64,000 bases of DNA from Squalus acanthias (GCA_030390025.1 CM059432.1:80726001-80790000), one strand, 5' to 3'; shown: positions 12,728 through 27,055, numbered from the stretch's first letter. A program made the numbers and translations. Notes: a model not told the origin generated them from the sequence alone.

Positions 12728-13337
12728 AGTGGAGTTGGAGTATAAGAATAAGGAAGTCTTGCTACAATTGTACAGGGCCTTGGTGAGACCACACCCGGAG
12801 TACTGTGCACAGTTTTGGGCTCCTTATCTAAGGAACGATATACTTGCCTTGGAGGCGGTGCAACGAAGGTTCACTAGATTGATTCCTGGGATGAGAGGGC
12901 TGTCCTATGATGAGAGATTGTGTAGAATAGGCCTATACTCTCTGGAGTTTAGAAGAATGAGAGGTGATCTCATTGAAACATACAAGATTCTGAGGGGATT
13001 GACAGGATAGATGCTGAGAGGTTGTTTCCCCTGGCTGGAGTGTCTAGAACTAGGGGGCATGGTCTCAGAATAAGGGGTAGGCCATTTAAGACCGAGATGA
13101 GGAGGAATTTCTTCACTCAGAGGGTTGTGAATCTTTGGAATTCTCTGCCCCAGAGGGCTGTGAATGCTGAGTCTTTGAGTATATTCAAGGTTGAGATAGA
13201 TAGATTTTTGGACTCTAGGGGAATCAAGGAGATCGGGTGGGAAAGTGGAGTTGAGGTCGATGATCAGCCATGATCTTCTTGAATGGCGGAGCAGGCTCGA
13301 GGGGCCTACTCCTGCTCTTATTTCTTATGTTCTTATG
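12728..13337 (+). mobile_element. CR1 LINE 3' end
   Basis: LYRALVRPHPEYCAQFW...RRNFFTQRVVNLWNSLP; tail TTCTTATGTTCTTATG. Confidence 0.92.
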
Positions 13338-14995
13338 GAACGACTCCTCTAAAGATACAATAAGTGGTGTGTTTGTTTAAGAAGGGATGCAGAGTTGGTG
13401 TAGTGTTTTAGTGGTACATGCCTATTGTTGTGATAATTTGGGAGGTGCACATCTGAGTCTTGGTGATAGTGATAGAAACACCTTCAAGCTTCTGGTGTCC
13501 TGTTGTCCATTTCCTGACAGTCTGTCAGAGGCAGTCCTTGCTTCCAAATTGACTTTATTCTATGAATTATAGAGAATGTTAATTTTGAAACTTCTAATCC
13601 AAATATAAAGAAATGCTCATTCATAGAAATCAGTTCTGATCACCCTGAGTAAGTAGGACCTGTTAGTAACCTGAATGGTAGCACAAAACAAGGATAACTA
13701 AGGGTAATATAACAAAATTGTGCTCCCAGTTGGCAGCTTTGCCTGCCAGGAGCATATATTGAGAATTTGGGCACATGATCACCATGATTTTCTGTTTAAG
13801 TTTCCATTAACTTTTTCTTACTGTTTTGTAATACTTCTCGCTGTAATCCTTTTTACAATATGCCTTTGCAAGGCAGAGATGCAAACCAGTTGTTTGCACC
13901 GTGGCAAATAAATTTGAAAATTATGAATGACCCCTTCATTGATCTGTTTGAAGAGCAATCTCATTTAATTTCAATTCAGTTGTTCTGAAAATCATAGTTC
14001 AAACAAATATGACCAGTATAAGGATAAAATTAGCATCATTCATGGGGTAATAATACAACAATAATCACTGTGGCATGAAAAAAGTAACTGCTGGCAATAT
14101 AAATAGCAGTTACTTTGTGCTTTGGTGTAGAAAAGCATGTTTGGCAATGAAATGGAAGTTATATAAAACAATAATTTTGAGGAGAACCGTGCAGCAGCAC
14201 TGCAGAAGCAGTGGGGCTGAAACTTCTCCTCTTCCTTCCCACCCCCACCCCATGCATCCAACTGGAGTGCAGTTGAACCCAGTTGAGTTTCCAGGTTCAT
14301 CTCAGTTGCATGCTTTGGCCCTCATTTGGAGGTGATTCTGTCCCATGGAATGGAACAGGCCTGGCAGCAACCAGAATTTCTCCATCCTCACTGCTACTCT
14401 TTGCTGGCCTTAAAACTTGCATTTTTAGAGATGTTGGGAAGTTGCAGCTAAATCCTTTTCAGATCTTCCAATCTGAAAGTACAGGCCACAATCTCCAAAG
14501 CCCACTTTCTTTCGGCAACCTTCTTTTTTTGGTGTCTTCCAAATGGAAACCCAGGAAAATGATGCAAGGAGCATTCTGATGTCACTCTGGTGTCATTATC
14601 ATATGATTTAAATGCCTCACCTACTGGGTAATGTCCCAGGTAATGTACATCAATCACAAAGGGGATGGAGACCAGGTGTAATGACGTTGCCACATATCAT
14701 AGAAACATCTGACGCAAGCTCACTGCACTGAAATAGGAAAACTCCCAAATTCTAGTGATGCAACCAATGCCTATCAGGGACTGATACAGCAGACGAGCAG
14801 AGCAGTTCACAATAATGCCACTGCCACTTCCTGGAATTGGAGTGATCCACTACCCAAGCCACTTAGTAAGGCTCACTCACTAGCACAATGCCCACTGAAA
14901 GAGACGTGCCCAGAAGTAGGGAACGAACCAACAGCTTTGAGGTCTTCTGGCTGCTATTCAATATATACAATGAATTTGATCTATCACTATGTGTT

Positions 14996-15310
14996 CATAG
15001 AATCAAAGAAATTTACAGCACAGAAGGAGGCCATTCGGTCCATCGTGTCTGTGCTGGCCGAGAAAGAGCTATCCAGCCTAATCCCACTTTCCAGCTCTTG
15101 GTCCGTAGCCCTATAGGTTACGGCACTTCAAGTGCATATCCAAGTACTTTTTAAATGTGATGAGGGTTTCTGTCTTTACCACCCTTTCAGGCAGTGAGTT
15201 CCGGACCCCCACCACCCTCTGGATGAAATCATTTCTCCTCAACTCCTCTCTTATCCTTCTACCAATTACTTTAAATCTATGCCCCCTGGTTATTGACCTC
15301 TTTGCTAAGG
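14996..15310 (-). mobile_element. CR1 3' end fragment
   Basis: Homologous to the CR1 3' UTR at 163-480. Confidence 0.75.
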
Positions 15311-15422
15311 TCCTCCCCTCCAGGAGGAGGCTGCGCTGCTGCCCACCACCAGTTTAAGTGACATGTTTCGCCCTGTGTGAGGTCCTTGCTGCATGAACGC
15401 ATAGATATAGATTAAATTCATT

Positions 15423-16167
15423 GGGCTGGATTTTGATACTGGGGCGGGTTGGGGTCGTGTCATCCGCATTTCGTGTTATCCACCCGACTGCAATTGGATG
15501 TGGGAGATTGATGCAATTTTGACCTAATTTTGCAATTGAGTACCAGCATGTGGGAACCCATGAACCAATTAGTGGTTTGAGTCTGAAAGTCGCCTCTGAT
15601 GATGTCATCATTGTTGCTGCATTGCAGGTCAGAGACTGCCTGGCCTTTGCTGTGAGAGGACATGGACGCGGACGCAAAAGGAGCAGCAGCTCTAAGGAGA
15701 GAGAGATAGAGAGAGAGAATTTTTTTTTGCATCCAGGTCCTCTCCCAGCAAAGGCCAGGCAGTCTCTGAAGACCTTCAATGCAGCAGCATCAGAGGCGAC
15801 TTTCAGACCTAATACTACTACTTTCATCACATCTCTGTTGTAATAGTGGACCTGCAGCTGATAGTCAGCTATCCACTTGTGCTCCCGCCAGGTTTCACTG
15901 GCGTGTTTCACATCAGGCGTGCTTCACGTGGGAAAAGGGTTAAACTAGCTAAAAAGTTTCAAAATGGCATTACAGAGCCAATTTAGGGCTTGTTAAGGGC
16001 TTTAATGGCCTCTCCCGCCTCTTGGAGGCGGGACGGAGACGGGAACACCGCACACGATTTCTTCAAAATTGCATGGAGACGGGATCAGGTCCGCCCGCCA
16101 CTTTTTGCAATTTTAACCCCCCACACGCCTCCAAACCCGCCTCCACGGGTCTATGAAAATCCAGCCC
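15423..16167. mobile_element. PIF/Harbinger MITE, copy 1
   Basis: TIRs GGGCTGGATTTT...AAAATCCAGCCC; flanks ATT/ATA; highly similar to 17770-18473. Confidence 0.85.
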
Positions 16168-16878
16168 ATAGTATATATAGGATAGCAGCCAGAAGACCTC
16201 AAAGCTGTTGTAAACAAAGAAGAATTGCAATAGAAATTGGAGGGGGATAATCGTGACTACATTTTTCTGCCTGTTAGTGCTGCGATTTCAGAACAAAATT
16301 TAAGTATGTACCAGTGACCTATATCTCCAGTTTAGACCTATAATATAATATGAGGGATGATTTTAACCCCTTTTGCCGCTGAGATGAGGGAGTGTGGGGA
16401 TTTTAATAGAGGCAGCGTCCTCCCCTCTGGGTTGACACCGTGCTCATGTCTATCTCCAGTTTAACTGACATGTTTTGCCCTGTGTGAGGCCCTTGGTGCA
16501 TGTAGGCAAGGGCCTCATAAATATGGAAAAGTTGGGATCCTGTGATGTAAATAGGACCCTGACGTGATTTTAATCTGCAGTCACATGACCCATGCCTGGT
16601 GCCGGGCTTGCCAGATAAAGCTGGTGGCAGGCAGGAGCAGGCCCTGAGAAGGGCTGAGAAGGTAAGGTTTAAAACATTTTTACGATCTCCATGTGGACCT
16701 GAAGGAGCAGGTTTGCTCCTATCAGCCCCACAAGGAAACTTTGGACCTCCCTTGCCCTGGGCTTCTCCCACCCACCGGCCAGGCACTGATTCCTGCTGGG
16801 ATTTGTTGGGAGACTCAACTGAGAGATGGAAATGAGGCCCAGGAGTTAAAATGGCCTGGGCATCACTCCAGCGTGACC

Positions 16879-19800
16879 ATAGAACATAAGAACATAAGAC
16901 ATAGGAGCAGGAGTAGGTCATTTGGCTCCTCGAGCCTGCTCCTCCATTCAATAAGATCATGGCTGATTTGATCTTGGCCTCAACTCCACTTCCCTGCCCG
17001 CTCCCCATAACCCTTGACTCCCTTATCGTTCAAAAATCTGTCTATCTCCACCTTAAACATATTCAATGACCCAGACTCCATAGCTCTCTGGGGAAGAGAA
17101 TTCCATAGATTCACAACCCTCTGAGAGAAGATATTCCTCCTCATTTCCGATTTAAAAGGGTGCCCCCTTATTCTGAAATTATGCCCCCTATTTCTAGATT
17201 CCCCCACGAGGGGAAACATCCTCTCTGCATCTACCCTGTCAAGCCCCTTCAGAATCTTATATGTTTCAATAAGATCTCCGCTCATTCTGCTGAACTCCAA
17301 TGAGTATAGGCCCAACCCGCTCAACCTTTCTTCATAAGATAACCCCTTCATCTCTGGAATCAACCTTGTGAACCTTCTCTGAACTGCCTCCAATGCAAGT
17401 ATATCCTTCCTTAAATAAGGAGACCAAAGCTGTACGCAGTACTCCAGGTGTGGTCTCACCAACGCCCTGTACAGTTGTAACAGGACTTCCCTACTTGTAT
17501 ACTCCATTCCCTTTGCAATAAAGGCCAACACTCCATTTGCCTTCCTAATTAATTGCTGTACCTGCATGCTAACTTTTTGTGATTCATGTACAAGGACCCC
17601 CAGATCCCTCTGTACCTCAGCATTTTGTAATCTCTCCCCATTTAAATAATAATTTGCTTTTTTATTTTTCCTACCAAAGTGGATAACCTCGCATTTTCCC
17701 ACATTAAACTCCATCTGCCAGTTTTTTGCCCACTCACTTAGCCTATCTATATCCCTTTGGAGATTCTTTGGGCTGGATTTTGATACTGGGGCGGGTTGGG
17801 GTCGTGTCATCCGCATTTCGTGTTATCCACCCGCCTGCAATTGGATGTGGGAGATTGATGCAATTTTCACTTAATTGGGCAATTGAGTTCCAGCATGTGG
17901 GAACCCATGAACCAATTAGTAGTTTCAGTCTGAAAGTCGCCTCTGATGATGTCATCATTGTTGGTGCATTGCAGGTCAGAGACTGCCTGGCCTTTGCTGT
18001 GAGAGGACCTGGATGCAAAATGAGCAGAGAGAGAGAGAGAGCGAGAGAATGAATTTTTTTTTTCATCCAGTTCCTCCAAAGGCCCCGGCAGTCTGAAGAC
18101 ATTCAATGCAGCAGCATCAGAGGCGACTTTCAGACCTAATACTACTACTACCTTCATCACATCTCCGTTGTAATAGTGGACCTGCAGCTGATAGTCAGCT
18201 ATCCACTTGTGCTCCCGCCAGGTTTCACTGGCATGTTTCACATCAGGCGTGCTTCACGTCAGAAAAGGGTTAAACTAGCTAAAACGTTTCAAAATGGCAT
18301 TACAGAGCCAATTTAGGGCTTGTTAAGGGCTTTAATGGACGGAGTCGGGAACACCGCACACGATTTTATCAAAATTACGTGGAGGCGGGATGGGGTCGGG
18401 ACCCCCGAATCTGCAACGTTAACCCCCCACACGCCTCCAAACCCGACTCCACGGGTCATTGAAAATCCAGCCCTTTGTGTCCTCCACACAATTTGCTTTC
18501 CCACCTATCTTTGTATCATCAGCAAATTTGGCTACATTACACTCAGTCCCTTCATCCAAGTCATTAATGTAGATTGTAAATAGTTGAGGCCCCAGCACTG
18601 ATCCCTGCAGCACCCGACTAGTTACAGTTTGCCAACCTGAAAATGACCCATTTATCCTGACTCTCTGTTTTATGTTAGTTAGCCAATCCTCTATCCATTA
18701 CTCCCAACCCCGTGAGCTCTTATCTTGTGTAGTAACCTTTTATGTGGCACCTTATCGAATGCCTTCTGGAAATCCAAATACACGACATGTACTGGTTCCC
18801 CTTTATCTCCCCTGCTCGTTACATCCTCAAAGAACTCCAGCAAATTTGTCAAACATGATTTCCCTTTCATAAAACCATGCTGACTCTGCTTCACTATATT
18901 ATGATTTTTCTAAATGTCCTGCTATCACTTCCTTAATGATGGACTCCAACTTTTTCCCAATGACAGATGTTAGGCTAACTGGTCGATAGTTGCCTGCTTT
19001 CTGTCTCTCTCCTTTCTTAAATAGGGGCGTTACATTTGCAGTTTTCCAGTCCGCTGGGACCTCTCCAGAATCCAGGGAATTTTGGTAGATTACAACCAAT
19101 GCATCCACTATCTCTGCAGCCACCTCTTTTAAGACTCTAAGATGCAGGCCATCGAGTCCAGGGGACCTGTCCACCTTTAGTCCCATTAGTTTGCCTAGTA
19201 CTTTCTCTCTAGTGATAGTGATTGTTTTAAGTTTCCCCCCCCCCCCACCCCAATAGCCTGTTGATTATCCATTATTGGGATGCTTTTAGTGTCTTCTACC
19301 ATGAAGACCGATACAAAATATTTGTTCAAGGTCTCCGCCATTTCCCTGTTTCCCATGATTAATTCCCCAGACTCATCCTCTAGGGGACCAACGTTTACTT
19401 TAGCTACTCTCTTCCTTTTTATATACCTGTAGAAGCTCTTACTGTCTGTTTTTATATTTCTTGCTAGCTTACTCTCATCAGCTATCTTCTCTCTCTTTTT
19501 ATCATTTTTTTAGTTGTCCTTTGCTGCTTTTTAAAAAATTTCCCAATCATCTGGCCTTTCACCATTCTTTGCAACATTGTATGCTTTTGTTTTCAATTTG
19601 ATACCATCCTTTACTTCCTTAGTTAGCCACGGATGGTTCATCCTTCTCTTAGAGTCTTTCTTTCTCACTGGAATATATTGCTGAGAGTTATGAAATATCT
19701 CCTTAAACGTTTGCCACTGCTTTTCTATTGTCTTACCCTGTAATATATTTTCCCAGCCACTTTAACCAAGTCTGCCTTCATAGTTTTGTAATTACCTTTG
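16879..19800 (-). mobile_element. CR1 LINE (~2.2 kb of ORF2 plus 3' tail), split by a MITE
   Basis: ORFs 16980-17816, 18691-18894 and 18899-19186 carry RT motifs (NYRPVSLTS, YLDFQKAFDKVPH, KFADDTK); tail (CATAAGAA)n. Confidence 0.92.
17770..18473. mobile_element. PIF/Harbinger MITE, copy 2, nested in CR1
   Basis: Same TIRs as copy 1; exact TTT/TTT TSD; the CR1 sequence rejoins across it. Confidence 0.9.
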
Positions 19801-20099
19801 ACCAGGTGAGCTTGACACTCGTCTCGAAGCCCCCATGCCAAACTTGCACCCCGATTTAAGATCAGATCTATAATCTGTCATTTCTGCAAACTGTTACGAT
19901 ACTATTTCACCTTTATAGCTACATCGACTCAAGAATGTCACGTCTGTTACATCCTGCAAATGAAATAAATGTACATAATACAGTTGCAACTAGAAAATTA
20001 AATGATCAATTAACATAGTGGGAGCCAGAACAGTGAGTGCTGTGATAATAGGTTTTGAATACACGGCATAGGCATGGAAACAGCTTTTTCTTAAATGTC

Positions 20100-20520
20100 A
20101 TTATTCATGTCACCAGGGATGAGGTAACAGTTATGAAGAGAGACGTGAGAAGTTAGGGCTTTTTTCACTACACCTGAGTAGGTTAAGGGATAGAAATCTT
20201 CAACATTAGGGAGGATTGTGATAAGGTAAATGGTGATGGATTGTTTTCATTGGTCAGCCAGATAAGCAGGCAGAAATTTAAGGTAATCACAGAGAATTAA
20301 AGGGAAGGTTAGAAAAACTATCTTGACACTATTTTTATGATGTGGAATTTTCTGCCACAAAGTAGAGTCCATAAATTGTTTTCAAAAGGAATTAGATAGT
20401 TACTTGGAAAAAAAGTGGGGTGAGCAGGAGAGTGGGATTAGACTAGGTAGCCATGTGGTGAAAAACATTGGTGCAAATTACCTGGTTCTGTGCTATAACA
20501 TTTTATGATTCTATGTATAA
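20100..20520 (+). mobile_element. Old, degraded CR1 3' end
   Basis: Similar to other CR1 3' ends in the window; ends ...TTTATGATTCTATG. Confidence 0.6.
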
Positions 20521-22040
20521 GTATTTATATATGTATTGATCTGTGAGAGACAGGTAGTAGTAATGTTGGAGCTGATTTTCGGCTGCTCTGCACCCGAAAA
20601 TGTCTATTTCTTGGGCATAAAAGCAGAAGAAAAATGGGTCTTTGCAAGTCCTGTGCACTTCTGGGGATTTCCCTTAGGGGAGGCAGAGCACTTCTACCTG
20701 GACAAGCCTGTAAATGCTTGATGTGGGAATGATGTACACATGCCTCCCACCTGTGCCAACTGAACACTGGGGTCCTGGTAGTGACCTGAATCCACAAGCA
20801 TAAGCAGGTTGAGGGCACTTCAATTTGGGCTCAGGGAGAAAGTAGGGAGGCAGATCGACTCCCATCATATCTTTGGATGGACAAACGGTTAGATTATTGT
20901 AAATAAAAATCACTACAAATTTTTAATAATTCTGCTGTAAGAAACAGTTGAGGTTCATCAAGCTTTGACCGAATCTTAATGCCTCTTCGGCCATTTTTTC
21001 AGGGTCAGGGTCATTTAAGTAATTTGGGCAGGCTTCTTGTCTCTGTCAGGTTAAGGGGTTGGAAAATAGCTGTGGGAGGCCTCAGCATCATGCTGTGGCG
21101 TATTGTGGCCAATGCCCTCTGGGCCTGGCTAAAAAATGCCCTTAGCCGATGCAATTGATCTTCCCATGATCAGTTGCGAAGGCTGTCGTGGGCCACTAAA
21201 TTCTAAATTTCTGCCCTGTCATCATAACCACTCTACACACCTGGAACGTATGGGCATTCCCAGCAAACAGTGTTACTAGGGCACAAATGCTGGAAATTAT
21301 ATTGAATGATGTATTCCTGTAATTTTCATGGGCTTTGAATACCCTGCCCGTATTTGGCAAATGTATTCTATGTCCTTCATCACTTTAAGTGGAAAAGAGC
21401 AAGTATGTCATGGGAACACCTATCACCTCCAAGTCACCTGACATCCTGACTTGGACATATACTGCCGTTTCTTCATCATCGATGGGTCGGAATCCTGGAA
21501 TTCCCCACCAAACCCCATATTGGATGCACTATCACCACCACCATCATAACAGCTTGCATTTATATAGTACTTTTAACATAAGCGCCCCAAGGTGCTTCAC
21601 AGAGGTGTTGTAAAAGAAGGACAACAAGCCAAAAATTGCTGTACTTCTGGGAGTAGGCTGCCTACCTATCCCTCTGAGTCCTCATTGGTGTATTGCACAG
21701 GGAACCCAAAAGGGAAAGGGTAAAAATAGCTTAAAAGGAGGGATTATTCTCAAAAAAATCCAACACAGTATTATTGGAATCCCGTCACTATCTTTAGCTT
21801 TTAGCAGTGTTCAAACATAGAGGGTGATTTTAACCCTGCCCGCCTGGCACAAACCGTGGTGAGGTTGAGCAATGAAAATTGCCTGTGGGACTCACCCGGC
21901 AATGTCTCGGGCCTCACACTGCCAAATTCAGGATGGTTTGCCGCCTGCCTCCGCAGCTGGCCTGAGTTAAAATCGGGGCCATCATTAGAGTGAGGAGAAT
22001 CTGGTGACTTGCATTTACTTGGTTTTTCTGTTTCATGCAG

Positions 22041-22184
22041 ATAATCCTGTCACATACAAAGTAGAAGGAAATCGACAAGCCTTAAAAGTGTTTTTCTACC
22101 TTGAGAACTACAATTTTGAGCAGCTTCCTCAGAGGTTAAAGAATGGAAGCGGTTTTAAAGTTCACCCAGTGCTTTTTACACAAG
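22041..22184 (+). CDS. PREX2: PREX2 coding exon (IP4P-like C-terminal domain), (D)[47 protein letters not shown]
   Basis: Acceptor ttcatgcag| and donor |gtatgg; 144 bp, phase 1-1. Peptide matches my recollection of vertebrate PREX2 ([38 protein letters not shown]). Confidence 0.93.
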
Positions 22185-22294
22185 GTATGGGATACTTTCC
22201 ATATATCACAGTTTTGCTATTGCTGCATTTTCTCTGATCCTCCTTATTGCTTAGAATTCATAAAACGGAGTACTGAAATGTCTCTCCCATATAG

Positions 22295-22409
22295 CAATGG
22301 AAAGTATGGAGGGCTATTACTACACAGACAATGTGTCTGTGGAAGAATTCCAGGCACAGATCAATGCAGCTTCTCTGGAGAACGTAAAACGATACTGTCA
22401 AAAGCTCAG
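22295..22409 (+). CDS. PREX2: PREX2 coding exon, (A)[37 protein letters not shown](R)
   Basis: Acceptor cccatatag| and donor |gtaagg; 115 bp; in frame with the previous exon across a 110-bp intron. Confidence 0.93.
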
Positions 22410-22867
22410 GTAAGGGCACCATTTGTCGTATATTTTGTGATAAATGTTTCTAGTTGATAGAAGTGTTTTTAAATGTTGGGAATCATTCAAAAGAGGCATT
22501 CTTTTCTTGTAAATTATCTTGCAGTGCTATTCAGCAGTTAGTAAATAGAAGGAAGTACAGTAACTCCAATTGGTAGCACGGTTACATCCTGACAATACTG
22601 AGTGGGTCGCTCACTGAAAAGCAAATCAGTTTACAAAATAGAATGATAGACTATAGCAGTGCTGTAGCTAATTTGCTTTTTTCCAGGAATCTGCCAGAAA
22701 ATTCTACAGTCAGGCAATTAGCCAACTATAGCTAATTACCAAACTCCAAACCTGGACTTTCTGATGCCAGCCACCTGTTATTGCAGTGAAAATTGGGTGA
22801 CTGGCATCAGGAAATGGGCACCAGGGTCTGCCTGGTAGAACACCTTCCCTCTCTGCCCACTGACGTA

Positions 22868-23360
22868 TCTTCTCTCTCTCTCTTAGGCAGTCCCTCGGAA
22901 CCGAAGATGATTTGCTTCCACATTAAAAATGAGTTCTCAGGTGACTGATGAGTCCAATGCGGGACCTACAGTCTCTGTCACAGGTGGAGCAGACGGTGGT
23001 TGAAGGGGCGGGTGGGTGGGGTGCTTGGGTTGACGTGCGCTGCCTGCGCTTGGCTTCCGCTTGCTCCCGGAGAAGAGACTCGAGGTGTTCGGCGCCTTCC
23101 CGGATGCTTCTCCTCCACTTTGTACGGTCTTGGGCCAGGGATTCCCAGGTGTCGGTGGGGATGTTGCACTTTTTCAAGGAGGCTTTGAGGGTGTCCTAGA
23201 AGCATTTCCTCTGCCCACCTGGGGCTCTCTTGCCATGTCGGAGCTCCGAGTAGAGCGCTTGTTTTGGGAGTCTCGTATCGGGCATGCGGACAATGTGACC
23301 CGTCCATCGGAGCTGATCGAGCGTGGTCAAAGCTTTGATGCTGGGGATGTTTGGCACTGA
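22868..23360 (-). mobile_element. RTE-clade LINE 3' end
   Basis: LKKCNIPTDTWESLAQDRTKWR...CSTCDRDCRSRIGLISHLRTH, then a short 3' UTR and (GA)n tail. Confidence 0.8.
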
Positions 23361-24179
23361 TGTATATTCCCTGGGACGAGCTCAACAACGATGGTAGTTA
23401 CCACCTTAGATAGGCAGGTGCTTCATTTAAACATCAATATTTCAAAAATCTTGACTCGGGTCTCTTAGAATAAAATCCACCGAAATCTATTTAAAATTTA
23501 CCTAACTATGGCAGCAGTATTTAATCCTTTTTATAAAAAGTGTAAAGAGTTGTTGCTATATACAGCTGTGACATTGAGAGTGAAGTTCCTCCTGTTAATA
23601 ATTTTACTGAAAATGTTATGATGCTGTTTTGTACTCGGGCTCGCTTTTCACTATAATTATCTACAGAAGAAATTTCATCCCAAAGATTTTTGTAGATTTG
23701 TGTTTTAAAATGAATAGGAAACTGGATGGTGAGAGCAAGGATTCATAAAATCCAAAATTAAGGAAAGAAAGCTCCCCTTCATTATTTTTTACGGTATAAC
23801 AAATGTAAGACTAATTTTTTTAATTATTAACTTGTACTAAATTTTACAGATTGACTTGAGAGAAATATATAGAACCTCTGAATCTTCCAGATAATTCAGT
23901 CTTATGTGTAGTGTGCATCCATTTTATATTTTTCTAATGTTAAAGCTGCATTTGACATTTTCTGCTGTTTTGACTTTTTTTTGTACCATTCACTTATTGG
24001 TAAGGACATCTGCAGCTGACCTGAACAATAGGGCTGGCACTGTCATTGACGGTGAAGATCCCCATCTCCCTCATTTTTTTCTCTATGATTCCTTTCACAC
24101 TAGCAAAGAATCATCTGCAATATCAACCCCCTGTGCCCCCCGCCCCCCCCCCCCCCCCCACACATGTATCAAACGGGCA

Positions 24180-25960
24180 ATTGATGCATAGGTCAGGATG
24201 CCCAGAACTTTCATCTTTCCCATTGAATACCAATAGAAGCATGACATAGCTGCCCAAAATCAGCTTAGTGCTGCATTTCACAGATTAGATGGGTCATTAA
24301 TGGTAGACATGCGGCCATCTTCTGTTTCATGATGTAAACATTCATTGTGCAACTGGGTTGATTTTATGTGTGACGCCCTTTGACGTACCAAGGGTATCAA
24401 GTGAAAGTTCCAGCTTGTATGTGTGCGCTGTTGAAGTATTAATATACAAAAAAATGAAAGAGCCGTAAGATTTTGCGAGGACTTGGCATGGACTAGCAGT
24501 AAATGTGAAGCACATTGACAGGATAATTTAGTGGCATGGATACTTGAGCCTTCTACCTCGTAAATTGTAGTGTTGAATAATCTTATCCTGGCAACTTCCT
24601 TGATGTGTGTCATATTCTTGCACATCTGTTCCTAAGTCCTGTGGGTACAATACACATTGTTGACTCTGGCTTTCATCTTCTGCCAAGTACTCTGCATTGC
24701 CGTCCTGTGGAGCAGTGCCCTGGAAACCCAAACAGGGCAGCTCTCCTTGCAACTACCTCATGCAGCAACACCTCCATTTTACCGGCATCAAATGGGGTTT
24801 GAGTAGTCATCGCTCCATTACATGCCTCCAAATTCTGCTTCCTGCCTCCGCATTTATTTTGCCAACTTTTTTTTGCCCCTTATGGAATTTGTAATGGCTA
24901 AGTATAGTTTTAAGATACTTACAATCTTTGTAAAAGCTACAACAAGTTTCCCCCATTAAAGTTAAGCAGCATAGCTCACCAAAAAATGTGTGACTGCATT
25001 GCCACCATCCTCCTGAACAGAACTTGGATATATATACTACACTGAAACGTGGTTCAATAAGTTGTAGATGCGGAGCTTAGGCAACAGCTGCTTGTCTGTG
25101 CTGTTGAATTGTCAGTGTGATTGAGGGATTTATAAAGGACAACTAGCAACATGCCAGCCACCTTGATCTTCGTGACTCCAAGTGCAGTGCTGTGTACCAG
25201 GATTGCTCATCACCAACTGCTTAATCCAGGTCCTTATGTAATCACCAACCATTGCCAGCTCTAGTGGAAACAGCACAGATAAACACAGGGTGAGGCACCG
25301 AGTAGTGGTGATGGTTGATGAGCGGCCATACTAGTAGGGCAGATACTCGGCATGCTAAGTGCCCCTACTGAGTCATATGTGGTTACAGACCTTAGTGGAA
25401 CTACTTTGAAACAGAGGCTGGTAGAGCAGCATTGTATTGTGGGCTCACATGCCTCCTTGGACATGATAATAGAAGGTAGTCTGGCTGATGTGGAGGAGTC
25501 CAACTCCTAGAAATTCTCTGCTGATTTCCACTCAATTGATATCATGCAGCTCTGGTTATCTAGACTGCAGTCTTCCATGGAACATGTGGCAATGCCAATG
25601 GAATCGATGGTGGAGACCCCAGTTAGACAAGCCACTCGCATAATAGAATCAATTCTCATGAATGTTCCCACTGCTGCAATGGGGGCTTTACTTTGAAATC
25701 TCAAAATGCAGTCATGATCAACTTCAAATTGCATGAGGCAGGATTGCAGATAATTATGATAGAGGAATTCCAACACCTCATAGTTGCCCACTGTTATATA
25801 TTGATGAAGATCAGTGGGTGTTGTGAGGAGAGCAGTGACATGTATGAAATAACACAGGACCAGCTGGTTGGCACTCAAACAGTTCTGTACCATCATGTAG
25901 CCTACACAAGTGACAGTAGTGCCACCCTTGAAAGTACTAGGCCAGCAGAGGCCAACAAAG
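24180..25960. mobile_element. Possible ancient, heavily degraded Harbinger remnant
   Basis: GVINGRHAAI near 24292 resembles the transposase motif GAIDCTHVAI; the rest is only weakly recognisable and the boundaries are uncertain. Confidence 0.3.
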
Positions 25961-26784
25961 AGTCTTGGTAATGATGCAGGACTTCTATATTCCTAGTGTA
26001 CCAGTTGCCTATGCATCCACCACTTGACACCCTCAGCTAAGGAATGTGACACAAACACAACCAGAGAAGTTCACATCACGCAGGAAGCAAATGAGACAAT
26101 AAAACACATTAAACGTGTGCTCTAGTAGCAATGTACAACTTAATAAAATTAATTCACTTCTGATATATCCTGCAGTCTGTTATTCTGTGGGAGCCTAGAT
26201 GGTCCAAGTGCCATAAAAACTGAAGGCAATGATGAACCTCCCTGTCTCTAGTAGTGCATTCCAGAAGGTTGACTGCTTCTTATAATCCTAAGGCTAAGGA
26301 TTGCTCTTTTTTCCAGGGAACTCCAGGCTGCCTAAATAACTGATTGTTGCAGTACAACTACTGCCTGGGGCAGTATCTGCTGCAAGTCATATGCCCTCTG
26401 TGAGCTCTGCAGGCCCAGGTTGTTCTCTCCTCCGCCTGCTCAATTGTGATATATATGCCAATGGATGCTACACCCATGTTCTCAGACAGGAAATTCCTCA
26501 GTAGTATTCAGTTCTGTTATTACCATTGTGACAGTTAGAAATCTTTCCCTCTGTTAAACTCATTAGCTTCAGGTCTGACCTGGGAAAAAGAACTGCTTTT
26601 GGTTTGACTCTGCAGCTAAGGAATGTTGCTCAAAGCATTGGAAAGTAAAATTTCTTACTTTTTGCTGGGCTCTAACTATGTTTTTGTAGGGATATAAATA
26701 CTCAATCAATACTAAACATGTACCACTCATCCATTGGCGCTGTCTCCCAATATTCCACCACTTTTTAATCCACGTCAAAATGTT

Positions 26785-27055
26785 ATCTTGGCTCAGCGTT
26801 AGCACTCACACTGCTGGATCAGCAGGTTGTGGATTCAAGACTTACTGCAGCAGTTGAGAACATAACCGAGGCTGACACTTCTGTGCAGTACTGAGGGAGT
26901 GCTGTATTATCAGATCCTTCAGATGAGACACTAAACTGTGCTCATGTTCACGCAGACATTAAAGATCCTGTAGCAGTATTTGAAGAAGAGCAGGGTGTTC
27001 TCCTGGTTTCCGAGCCAACATTTATCCCTCGGCTAACGTCACCAATACAGATTAA
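26785..27055 (+). mobile_element. DeuSINE-type SINE (tRNA head plus Deu domain)
   Basis: TGGCTCAG...GGATTCAAG head; GTGCAGTACTGAGGGAGTGCTG; GAAGAAGAGCAGGG...GCCAACATTTATCCCTC. Confidence 0.7.

Noticed and set aside
15354..18241. 119-185 aa minus-strand ORFs repeated twice
   Set aside because: Chance frames within the two MITE copies; no recognisable domains.
20536..20721. ORF with a plausible acceptor as a candidate extra PREX2 exon
   Set aside because: The peptide does not resemble the PREX2 sequence expected upstream of the 22041 exon, and there is no convincing in-phase donor.
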